Part shown: positions 23,059-45,100 of the stretch, piece after piece
Layout of the letters: each line of letters opens with the position of its first letter
Numbering within the stretch: the first letter of the stretch is position 1
NCBI GenBank assembly: GCA_040954595.2
Contig: CM082577.2
Location: 11,441,654-11,505,653 of the forward strand
Origin: Balanoglossus misakiensis
Lineage: Eukaryota; Animalia; Hemichordata
Reading direction: 5' to 3'
Length of the DNA stretch: 64,000 bases
Made by a program: the position numbers and the translations under genes
The notes under the pieces: generated by a model
What the model saw: only the letters and a program-made list of their open reading frames with translations
What the model was told of the DNA's origin: nothing
The model's database searches: none

Positions 23059-26000
23059 TTATATGCGTTTCGAAGATTAGCATATAATTACTATCTATTC
23101 GTTACGTAAGTGAATTCCGTTGATTGGTATTCGTCACAGGTGTTCGTACGTATATATAGTGTGAGAAGTCCTTTGTCTGTCAGTCTCGGTTGTCACTCCA
23201 CGATGGCTACAACAGCAATTTTTGTAATAATGTTTGATGTCCAATTTCCTCAAGTAAGCTTATTGGTTATTGAAATTTGCATGGACGTATTTAAGTTCCT
23301 AGTTCATGAGTAGATCCTTTTGTATGTAGCAGTGCTTTTTTCTTTCTTTATTTTCGTGATACTGAAGTTTGATGTCGAATGTAAATCTAATGTCCTCAAA
23401 GTAAGCGTATTAATTATTGAATATTTCATGGATGCTGTACTTATAACTTATAATTCAATTGTAGATCATTTGTATATAACAATGCTTCTGTAAGGGGGGA
23501 TCATGAAATAAAAGTGGTGGATATGGTGGGGGGTACACAGTACTCGTGGGGTATAAGACAACCACCGCATGATACCGCATTTATTGTGTTTTGTCTTAAT
23601 TTCTTAGTATGATCTAGTTTAGTATAGATCTGAAATGCATGGATATTCTCCTCCGTTTTCAGTAATTACTGCATGGAATTATTTATTCAAGGATGATAGA
23701 AAATGCATGCTTTCTATCCGTATATAGAATAGAGAACACTGATCATTAATCAAGTTACATTTTCTTGCTGATTGTTTTTCGAAGCCCACACTGATGTGCG
23801 ATTTCACAATATTACAAATTGGGGACAGTTAACACAGTCTGCGCTGTCTGAAATTGAGATCGTGACAATCAGCCGGACAATGTCGACATTCCTGTACAAT
23901 TTTGTGCATTGTGATGAAGTTTCTTATTTGTTTTGTTTCGTGGCCAGGTGCACATATGTTGATTTCTTTATTTAACATATTAGCGTGACCAGGTGTTAGG
24001 TTGTGGTCTATAAAAGCCACCCAGTGCCACGTTGTCATTTTGATTCTGGTCTGGTAGCTGTGCCGTCGCCTTGGAGGAGTTTTGGGAGCTCACCGTACGG
24101 ACTTTGAATGTCGACTGTGGTAGCTGAAGATTGACACTGCCGAAGGGACTTGGTGAAGCCGTGATGGATGTTTTCGAGGACGCCGCGTGGAATTTGGGTG
24201 CCGTCCTGAGCGAGCGCGTCTCCGTCTCACTGTGGAACTGCATTTGAGGTAATACGTGGCTGTCTTTAATTGTACCCAGAAAGGCCAGAATTGTTGTGCG
24301 TCGAGTGAAAGGCCAGTATCGTCGTGCGTCGAGTCACTGAACTGTTTGTGAAACTTTGAGCTTGTAAAAGTAGATTCTGGTTTTGTCCCTCCTTTTCACC
24401 CAAGCTAGTGTCTTTTCCCGATCTCCGACACTGATAATGGTCGCCGCCATCTTCTCTGTTGTTAGGACAGAGCACTGCCTTATGGGATTGGCTGTTCACT
24501 AAACGTCTGTAACCAGCGGCTACAGTTGGAACATGCATGTGAGACAAGCTACCCGGTTTAAATGGACCATTCTGAGTTACAAAAAATAATGAAAACTCAA
24601 ACATGTTTATTTTTTGTTTGGCACAAGATGAGGTTATATTGCCCCATTAAAACAGAATTTTTTACAGGGGGTTATTAGAAAGGGCGTTAAATTCCATTTG
24701 CCAACTTCAAAGTAATGCGACTCGCTTATATAAGAACCTAGGTTACTGAAGCGATCAACTTGAATAGGCAGGCCTGTGGCAAACTTGAACACCCTTTTAA
24801 ATCCCATGGTTCCGTGAAAGCAAGCATATTTGCATGGCTTGCAATAACCTAAGGACAGCGGGGAAAAGAATACGTTCAAAATGGTATGGCTTTCTGCGCT
24901 GTCTGATAATGAAATCTTGATCGTCAGACAAAATGTCGAAATTTCTATACAGCTTTGTGCATAAACAATCTTTCATATTGCCGTCGAATTGAATTTTCAA
25001 TGCATCCACGTTCAGTACACTATCAAACACAATGGTCGATGTGTTCAGATTAAATGCACATACAAAAATATTTTCTTACCAGCAGAGAGGATAAAGTTCT
25101 TGTCGTATAGTGGAGAATAAAAACGACGGAACTTCTGCGTTGTGAGAACATTGCAGTGACTCAACAACGGCAGTGTGTCATGTGACCGTGGCGGCAATTA
25201 CAATGATTATCAAACAAATGGCTGCAACTTGATGTCACATTTCTGGTGTTAATTTGAAACACAAAATGGCCTGGGAATTGTTAACTGGTTTTGTGCCATG
25301 TAGATTTTAATATTCGGTCATGTGCGGGCGCTCCGGCAAGTCTTAGTCCCTTTAGTCTTAGGTCTTAGGAGCGCCCGCACAGAGCGCCCGCACAGGACTG
25401 AATCTTTCAGTCTAATCCACTTGGTAATCATCACCCTAACATCAGGCAATGAAAGTTATATTTTGTTTTTATATTTTATATTTTGCAATAGTTTCGACAA
25501 TCGTCTACCAAAGATATTTCGTATAATTTCTCCAACAATGCTAACAGAGGACGCCTTTTGCCTTTCACATCAACCAACAAGTACCGGTCTCTTGATATGA
25601 AGATATGACAAATAATCACACATTGTCGAGAGTCAGTGACCCGGGTCATACTGACAGCTCAGCCAATCAGGCGATGATCAAAATCCTGACATCGGCCATT
25701 TTGTTTTACAAAGCTTTCAATAGTATTTCCCCAGACCCTTTTCTGGAGAGCATCGGAAGAGCAAAGGCGTCTGGGTAACCGAGACTACCCCGTCACATGA
25801 ACCTTACAAAGCCGGGTATACCTAACCAACAAGGCAAAGTACATAACATACAAGGCTAATTGTGCAGCAGCAAACAAAGGCTCCTCAATAAACTACGTCT
25901 CCAGATTAACGATACATCTGTGCCTAAAATTCCACGACATAAACTACATGGATTAAAAAAAACACCTGTGACATTTAAACTTGCATCAAAATATGACACT

Positions 26001-29000
26001 ATCCATAAATGATCACATCGACAGCGAATAAATAAATTGGCATATTAAATCAGAGAGGCGGTAGACACATGAGTTTCCTTGGTACACCCAGGACAAGTTC
26101 TTTATTGAGAATAGAGACGGTCCATAATTGACTTAAGAACAGAACATTCTCCCAAGGTGTTAACGCATATTCACTGGATATATTCGGCTAACAGCATGAC
26201 GTCAACGTCTGCCTTACCTCAGGCACTAGAGTCACCACAAACACGTTCTGCTTCCCCGCACCCTACGACCATGTAGGCAATGCACAGCCCTGATGACAAA
26301 ACAACAACATATTTTATAGAATTCAATAGGATACTATAAATCTTGACATTTCCATAGAATTCGACAGCAAATGGGCCAACACTGTGCATGTACATAACTG
26401 CTATATATTCCCATAGAAACTGTTTAATTATAATCATCATTTTATATGATGAGAATTCTTTATTTTTTTTTCAAGAATCTTCTTCGTAGCTTTGACGTCC
26501 GTTGTCATTTCCGAAACGGATAAATTAAACACTAAACACAAATACAAGAAAATAAATCTTGTATGTATCTTTGCAAACCGTACCCCTGACAAGTGGAATC
26601 CACCAGTGCCATCCATTTCATGTTGAATTTTCTACTCAACTCTGAGACTGCAAAATGTGACGACCTGCACGATGGGCAATGTTTGTCTGTTTCGAAATAT
26701 TTGGCAGGTGATAATTTGAGTACAGCACGCATGCAAAATTTCCCAGTCCCAGAGGTTCTGCATTGGAGTATTGTTAGTAAAATGTTATTAAATTAAAATG
26801 TCATGTTGACATGATCATGTGGGTGGCTAACTCGTTGTAGTCTTGCAAAAAAAGACGCCATCGGTTCACATACCATCATTTTGTCAAAGTTCTATTAATT
26901 AGATATTTCCAATATGGAAACCTTTCCACCATTTACTTCAACGTAAACAATACTGGTATTTTTTTTTGGGGGGACACACTATGCTCTGTTCAGTATGTCA
27001 GGAATGGGATTACTTGCACCGTAGGTTTTTAAATTGTCCAATCGCTGTAAGATGGCGGGATAGTGCAAACAATGTTATCAAAAGATTTCTGGGGAAATAA
27101 AGTGAAATTTCACCATCGAATATCATTTCACGGAGTGTGTTCTTTGAATCGGACAACAGTGTGGTAAGTTTTATCAGCGGAATTCACCCGACGTGCCAAG
27201 CTCAATGAAATGAAATGCGGGGCCGTATGGAAAGCCGTGGTTATTTTGAGTGGAAGTATAGCGGAGCTGGCTTCTCAACATCTCCAGATGATCATCTTTA
27301 AATCATATACAAACAGTATCAAAAAGTTCCAGTTTTTTAAAATAATTTTAAACTTTATGGTCGTTTCTAATGTCCATCACACGCTTTGCTGTAAAGATTT
27401 TTGACATGAGTACTAGTAACATTTTGAGAAATATAAATCATTTTGCGGGTATTTTCCAACACAGAAAAAAAAACAATTACAGACCGAGTAGACGGAAGTG
27501 TTGGGTGTTTTGTTGACCTTTAGTGAGAAATGTAATGACTAATGAATCCGTGGCCGTTCAACCACGGCTAGCGGCTGTCATAAACAGGAAAATACGTTAA
27601 AGTATAGATATGTCTGCGCGTGCGCATGTAGGATGTGACAAATAAGGCAGGGCGCACAATATCAGGTGACATTGCAATCATGACGAGCTTTCTGTTGGAC
27701 TGCAAATGCATATGTGGCAAATCCATGCTCAGAAATTGTACTATGTTTTCCAAAAACTTCACACGAGGAAGATAAAATTGCCAAGAGTGGTGGGTTCATA
27801 AATCAGTAGTACATTATTCAATACATGCTAGTTTTATTCCAGTGATAAACAACACATGACTATTCTTTACTATCAATCACGTGATCTTGCCATGTGACCC
27901 ACGGCGTTGTCATTTCCAGATGACGGGCAAGCAATATTTCGACATCCAGTAAAAGTTTTTTTCCGAGTATGTTTTACTTTAAAAGCGCCAAACACGTAAT
28001 ATGTATCAGGTACGGTGCCTTATCAGCCCCATGGAGTTTCGTTTGCGCAGTCTTTGCCTGGACCACGTTGTTGAAGTTGCCCATCATCTGGAAATTTGAA
28101 TGCTAACGTAACTGCCGCCTGGACAATTGAGGAAGCGTAATTTGAACGGGAAAAGACCACAAATGCAATCATAGATTATTTATTGTCATTTTCCGTGCAA
28201 TTGATGACTATCCTGTCAAGCGGACCTTCAGAACAAATCTATAAGTGTGTTTGAAAAACATCGTTGATCAAAACACAGTTTTGTTTTGTTTTTACAAATT
28301 AAATTTGTAATTTACTTGAAAGTCAAAGAATACTGCATAATAAACTCCTAAGGTACTCCTGGGCCACCTGTTTAAGCAAAAGTACAATTCCATAGCGTCG
28401 AGAATAAGGCAGGGGTCAAAATAATGAAAGTTGATTGGAGTGGGACAAAAAAGTCAATCGTTCATGTTGCGGGTAGTGTTGTCAGGATGATTGATTTATT
28501 TTCGCCCATGCAAAATGAGACCTTATGATGCGTTGAAATAACAACGTGTTTTAAAATATTCAATATGCATGTAATTAAGATTGGATGTAAATATCAATGC
28601 AAAGTAAAACACTTTAAAACAACTGCTCTTCAACACATCCAGTTAGTATCACTCGGTACGGCGACAAAGTCTCTTGACAGTTCGACTTGCACCAGTTGGA
28701 TGATAAACAGCGGCGGTAACAAAGGTATGTTTCTTGAAGCTTTCACTATTCGACAGAGTTAGTTTCACACGCGTGTTGAACTACATTCAACGTATTAATG
28801 AAATGGACAGAATACTTTTTGAACAAAGTTGACAGTGATACTGTTTAAAAACCATCATGTGACATCAACCGGTGTGAGTATTTTGATACAATGCCTAATT
28901 GTCACAGAAATGGTCCATAAAAACCGAGAACTTTGCGATTGCAGAACTTTCGTTATATTTTTAACATCTTGATTCCATTGGTCAGTCGGAAACTCTGTCC

Positions 29001-29335
29001 ATTTTTCGCAGCCCCGGAAATTGCACCAAAAGGAACAGATATTGTTCTAATGTTAATGACGTAAATTTTCTGAAAGACGCATTTCTTTCGCTGTTAAACA
29101 CAATCGACCGTGGTACGATGTCCTGAAAGTGTTCACGGCATCGAATTAGTTATTTAAACGGGGCATTTTTAAACACTGTCTAATTGTGTTGTTAAAAAAA
29201 AAAAAAAACATGCGCGCGATTTGGTTGAAAATATTTTATTACAGGGTCACACGTGTATGATTCCGATTATTGAGATTATCTTAAAAGCTTAATTTCAATA
29301 ACAGTTTATCACATATTATTGCATTTCAGACAATC

Positions 29336-39533
<10,198 letters not shown>

Positions 39534-40519
39534 AATGCATGGATATTCTTCTCCATTTCCAGTCATCACTGCCTGGAATTATTTATTTAAGTATTATTGA
39601 TAGAAAATGCATGCTTTCTATCCGTATATAGAATAAAAACACTGATTATTTATTCAATGATAATTGATAGAAAATGCATGCTTTCTATCCGTATATAGAA
39701 TAAAGAACACGAATCACGAATCAAGTTACATTTTCTTGCTCTGTATTTTTTCGAAGCCCACACTGATATGCGATTTCACAATCTTACAAATTGGGGACAG
39801 TTAACACAGTCTGCGCTGTCTGATAATGAGAACGTGATAATCAGCCGAACAATGTGCATACACAATATTTCATAAGAGTGTATAAAAGCAGTGAAAATTT
39901 TAAAAAAAAACTTTAATAGGGAAAATATGAGGATGTCGAGACCCCCAGTATAGGTTGGAGCAGTACAATTACCAGCGCAGTGGGTAGAGTACAATTTCAC
40001 AACAGGTCGCATTAACTCAACGCCGAAGTACTTTGCCGGAAATCCTGATTTCTATTCGGAGTACTTTGCCGGAAGTTTGATCAATGCACAGTAAACAGTA
40101 AAACAAGCGCGGACCCTAGTAATTGTTACTGTGACACAAAATCAAATCAATGAATTGGCAATTTTATCCCGCTCCACTGTATCTGCTAAGAATACTTGTT
40201 TGCAAATTTGTCTATTTTGCTGGGCGCTTTGGATAATGTTGTATCGCTGACAGCGGAGCTAATAAATCATTTGACTGAGTGAAAAATTCAACTGTCATCT
40301 CAAAAACATCGTAATTCTTGTGAAATTCAATATGACACATTTAAAATTCAATCGTGAATACAAATCTGACTTAAAATAATGCATTTTCATGATTTTGTAG
40401 CAATATTCAGTGGGTTGATTTTACATTCAAAATGATGTAGCTTGTGCAAACTATGTCTTTGCCTTCGACCCATTCGCTACAGTACGAATTCTTTCTGTCC
40501 AATTCTTTGGGCGTCCGTT

Positions 40520-41107
40520 TCACTGCCTAGCCTTCACATTCAGTTTGATTCTATTTGGAGGTGATAAAAATGCACTTGTTCCAAGTTTCACGGGGATCTG
40601 GGAAAATGGCAAATGTTGAAAATGAGGAAATAAGTACCGGTAATACGCAAGTGAAGCTGTATAAGGTAGTCATTACTAGAGTTTAATACAATTATTTATG
40701 CAACATGAAAAATTGAGATGATCTTGACATAATTCGAGACCACGCCATCATTAACATTAGTGTAACGGGTTGTTTTCAACTGTGACTTTGTATCTGTCGT
40801 CTGCTTTCTGTTATTTATTACACAACGCGCCATTGGATAGCATTTCGTGCGCATTAATTAAAGAACGTTTATCATCCAATCAGTGAGATCGATTAATCTC
40901 ACTCTATCGATCCCACACTCCTATTGGCCAGCATTAAATCATACCTCTGTCTCCGCGCATGGCTCGAATGTGAAATTCTGGAAGATACGGACCAGTCCAA
41001 TTTTAGCTTCCAGGAGAGCAAATCTCATTCCAATGCAATTTCGTGGACCAGCTCCAAATGGTAACCATGCATAAGGATGACGTTTCCCCTTTTCTTCCTT
41101 GGTGAAT
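40520..41107 (-). pseudogene. Orphan last two exons of a cytochrome P450 (CYP3-clan-like)
   Basis: Exon 41107-40945 reads FTKEEKGKRHPYAWLPFGAGPRNCIGMRFALLEAKIGL..CAETE and contains the heme-binding FxxGxRxCxG. Exon 40597-40520 reads IPVKLGTSAFLSPPNRIKLNVKARQ*. No upstream exons found before the duplication boundary at ~42143. Confidence 0.85.
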
Positions 41108-41242
41108 CTAAATAACCGTTTCTTGTTAAACAGATAACATGAGTGGGGCATATGTTACGAGTATTTATTTTAAAGGTGTATTCCGTATAATACATCTGGT
41201 ACCATTTTTGTATTATTTCGTTTAAAACGGTTTTAATGCATA

Positions 41243-41246
<4 letters not shown>

Positions 41247-41275
<29 letters not shown>

Positions 41276-41309
41276 CATACATACATACATACATACATAC
41301 ATACATACA

Positions 41310-41338
<29 letters not shown>
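41247..41338. repeat. (TACA)n microsatellite
   Basis: Directly visible. Confidence 0.97.
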
Positions 41339-41341
<3 letters not shown>

Positions 41342-41400
41342 GAATGAAGTGGTCAAGAAGCACCAACTCTTGGACACAATGTTCTTCAATGCAAACTAAT

Positions 41401-41448
41401 TTTATTTCCGACGTTTCGTGGGATTAATCCCACTTCATCAGGGTAAAA
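41401..41448 (-). ncRNA. Minimal type I hammerhead ribozyme (Penelope-type)
   Basis: Minus strand reads ttttacc CTGATGA a GTGGGA ttaa TCCCAC GAAA c GTC ggaaataaa: conserved core, perfect 6-bp stem II, palindromic ACGT mini stem III, GUC cleavage triplet, short stem I. Confidence 0.7.
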
Positions 41449-41989
41449 ACTGAAATAAACGAGACAAAGCGTAAAAGTAACAAATAAATGATATAAAAAT
41501 GGTGTAAAATAAGAGGTTTAAACTAAAATACGCCCAAAATGAATAGGAGGTAAAGTAACACGTACTCACTTGCCGAGAGCCAAAGTGGAACTGACAGAGG
41601 TTTTGAATGTATGGTAGGTGTTACGTAAGACTGACCAGTTGGGGTGATTTACATAAAATGCGGGAAAATTATGATGTGTAAATTACCTAGTGACTAAAAA
41701 TAGCTGGAGTGTATACAGAAAGCAAAGCTGGGAGGGACTGTAGTAACAAGAACTTAAAATAGTAAAAAATGGAATAAAAAGAACGCCTACTAAAACAGCT
41801 CAAAATAAGATAAAATATCGAAAGATGCGTTCAACGGGTTTTTACAAGATTGCAGGTATGGGTGACTCTCTATTGAGTCCCCTAGGATACATAGTGTCCA
41901 ATGAAAAAATCCACTTTGTTTCTGTAATGTCCCTGATGTGTTTATCATCTTTACACAACGATTCCAAGATGACATACATACATACAAGA

Positions 41990-42142
41990 TGACATACATA
42001 CATACATACATACATACATACATACATACATACATACATACATACATACATACATACATACATACATACATACATACATACATACATACATACATACATA
42101 CATACATACATACATACATACATACATACATACATACATACA
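41990..42142. repeat. (TACA)n microsatellite at the left boundary of duplication copy B
   Basis: Directly visible; homology to 24617 and 14247 (tttggcacaag) begins immediately after it. Confidence 0.95.
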
Positions 42143-45100
42143 TTTGGCACAAGATGCGGTTATATTGCCCTAGTTAAACAGAGATATTTTTTTGCAGGGG
42201 GTATTAGAAAGGGTGTTAAATTCCATTTGCCAACTTCAAAGTAATGCGACTCGCTTATATAAGAACCTAGGTTACTGTAGCGATCAACTTGAATAGGCAG
42301 GCCTGTGGCAAACTTTTAACACCCTTTTAAACCCCATGGTACTGTGAAAGCAGCATTCGTCACGGCTTTCTATAACCTAAGGACAGTGGGGAAAAGAATG
42401 CGTTCAAAATGGTATGGCTTTCTGCGCTGTCTGATAATGAAATCTTGATCGTCAGACAAAATGTCGAAATTTCTATACAGCTTTGTGCATACACAGTCTT
42501 TCGTATTGCCGTCGAATTGAATTTTCAGATGCATCCACGTTCAGTACACTATCAAATACAATGGTCGATGTGTTCAGATTTAATGCACATATAAAAATAT
42601 TTTCTTACCAGCAGAGAGGATAAAGTTCTTGTCGTATAGTGGAGAATAAAAACGACGGAACTTCTGCGTTGTGAGAACATTGCAGTGACTCAACAACGGC
42701 CGTGTGTCATGTGACCGTGGCGGCAATTACAATGATTATCAAACAAATGGCTGCAACTTGATGTCACATTTCTGGTGTTAATTTGAAACACAAAATGGCC
42801 TGGGAATTGTTAACTGGTTTTGTGCCATGTAGATTTTAATATTCGGTCATGTGCGGGCGCTCCGGCAAGTCTTAGTCCCTTTAGTCTTAGGTCTTAGGCG
42901 GTGAGCCAGAGCGCCCGCACAGGACTGAATCTTTCAGTCTAATCCACTTGGTAATCATCACCCTAACATCAGGCAATGAAAGTTATATTTTGTTTTTATA
43001 TTTTATATTTTGCAATAGTTTCGACAATCGTCTACCAAAGATATTTCGTATAATTTCTCCAACAATGCTAACAGAGGACGCCTTTTGCCTTTCACATCAA
43101 CCAAGGAGTACCGGTCTCTTGATATGAAGATATGACAAATAATCACACATTGTCGAGAGTCAGTGACCCGGGTCATACTGACAGCTCAGCCAATCAGGCG
43201 ATGATCAAAATCCTGACATCGGCCATTTTGTTTTACAAAGCTTTCAATTCATAGTTCCACTCTACGGTAATAAGCCACGCCCCCCTTAGTTACTGTTGCT
43301 ACGCCCCACAAGCTCAAAGCTTGTGGGACATTGACCTCCATAGCTCTACAACGTGGTTGGGGAAACTAGATTCGTTCAGCGATAGTCTGCGCAACGTTCC
43401 TGGCGATATTTCTGTATGCTACCTACCAGAGTTAAAAAACCTATCCAAGAAGTCACAGGAAAAGGGTTTAATGAGGTATAATTCCCCCGTATTTCGAACG
43501 AGAGTGCCTGCATCGCGGACGATAGCGGCCGTATCCCCCCGGGCCGCGACGCAGACACACGAGTGAGGAATACGGGGGAATTATATGTTTATCACATACA
43601 TAGACCTAGTTTCCATGAAATTGAGCTTCTTTGTGAATTTAAAACATTTCAGCAATAAAATAGCACTATTTTAAAACGATCGAAAGATCATGTTATGCGG
43701 TCGGGGTCACACGCAAACGGGCATTAAACCGCGATCAGCTGTAGCAGTGGCTATAGTACTAGTAATAACGGACCTCGAAGGTTAAGTTTATCGTGCTATT
43801 TCTGAGTGAAATCAGACGAAATACGAGACACAAGAGGTATCACTTCAACTGAAGATATTTTTGGTAGGTAAATATGGATGAAAGCACTGATAACACGGCG
43901 AATTCAGAAAACTACGTGAACGTTACTTGGATTGACAGCGCGCGGCCCCATTGTTTACAACGCCGGAAATTTTATAACGGGTCGAACATCATTGACTTAT
44001 CGAATGAAAATTGCAAGCAGCATATGAATTTCAAAATTTTCAAACACTTTAGCAATAAAATCATTGTTAAATATTTATATTGAAGACGTGTCAGTTTAAA
44101 ATCTAAACGCAAACGTTTAATATCCACCACCTGAGACACCTCTCTCTCTGCGTTTTTGGCTTCGGAAACGGAACAAAAAATATACTCGATGTTGGGTCAA
44201 GGTACCTTTCATCCGATTTACACGTCCCCCAGGCGCATCTCTTCACTATTCTGGCCGATATTTTAAAACCATTAAGTTCCTAAAACTGAAAAAAAACTTC
44301 CAGTCTGTCTATCTCTACCTGAGCGTGTACTGTAGGCTGGGCCACGTTGTTGATTATATGTGGGACAAAATGGCGGTTGTGTGAACAGCATGACTTTTCT
44401 CGGCTCTGATTGGCTGAGGGTTCAGTGTGATTGACAGCTGTGGAACCATGAATAGTATTTCCCCAGACCCTTTTCTGGAGAGCATCGGAAGAGCAAAGGC
44501 GTCTGGGTAACCGAGACTACCCCGTCACATGAACCTTACAAAGCCGGGTATACCTAACCAACAAGGCAAAGTACATAACATACAAGGCTAATTGTGCAGC
44601 AGCAAACAAAGGCTCCTCAATAAACTACGTCTCCAGATTAACGATACATCTGTGCCTAAAATTCCACGACATAAACTACATGGATTAAAAAAAACACCTG
44701 TGACATTTAAACTTGCATCAAAATATGACACTATCCATAAATGATCACATCGACAGCGAATAAATAAATTGGCATATTAAATCAGAGAGGCGGTAGACAC
44801 ATGAGTTTCCTTGGTACACCCAGGACAAGTTCTTTATTGAGAATAGAGACGGTCCATAATTGACTTAAGAACAGAACATTCTCCCAAGGTGTTAACGCAT
44901 ATTCACTGGATATGTATATTCGGCTAACAGCATGACGTCAACGTCTGCCTTACCTCAGGCACTAGAGTCACCACAAACACGTTCTGCTTCCCCGCACCCT
45001 ACGGCCATGTAGGCAATGCACAGCCCTGATGACAAAACAACAACATATTTTATAGAATTCAATAGGATACTATAAATCTTGACATTTCCATAGAATTCTA

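Noticed and set aside
22275-23080. ORFs with YIHT/MYVC/HT/CV repeats (also 39023-39556, 41025-42177, 51300-51782)
   Set aside because: Translations of (TACA)n/(CA)n microsatellites, which lack stop codons.
26219-28762. Short ORFs conserved across three copies (MMIIIKQF.., MESTSAIH.., MKFLENIV..)
   Set aside because: Conservation reflects recent DNA duplication; no recognisable domains or consistent exon chain.
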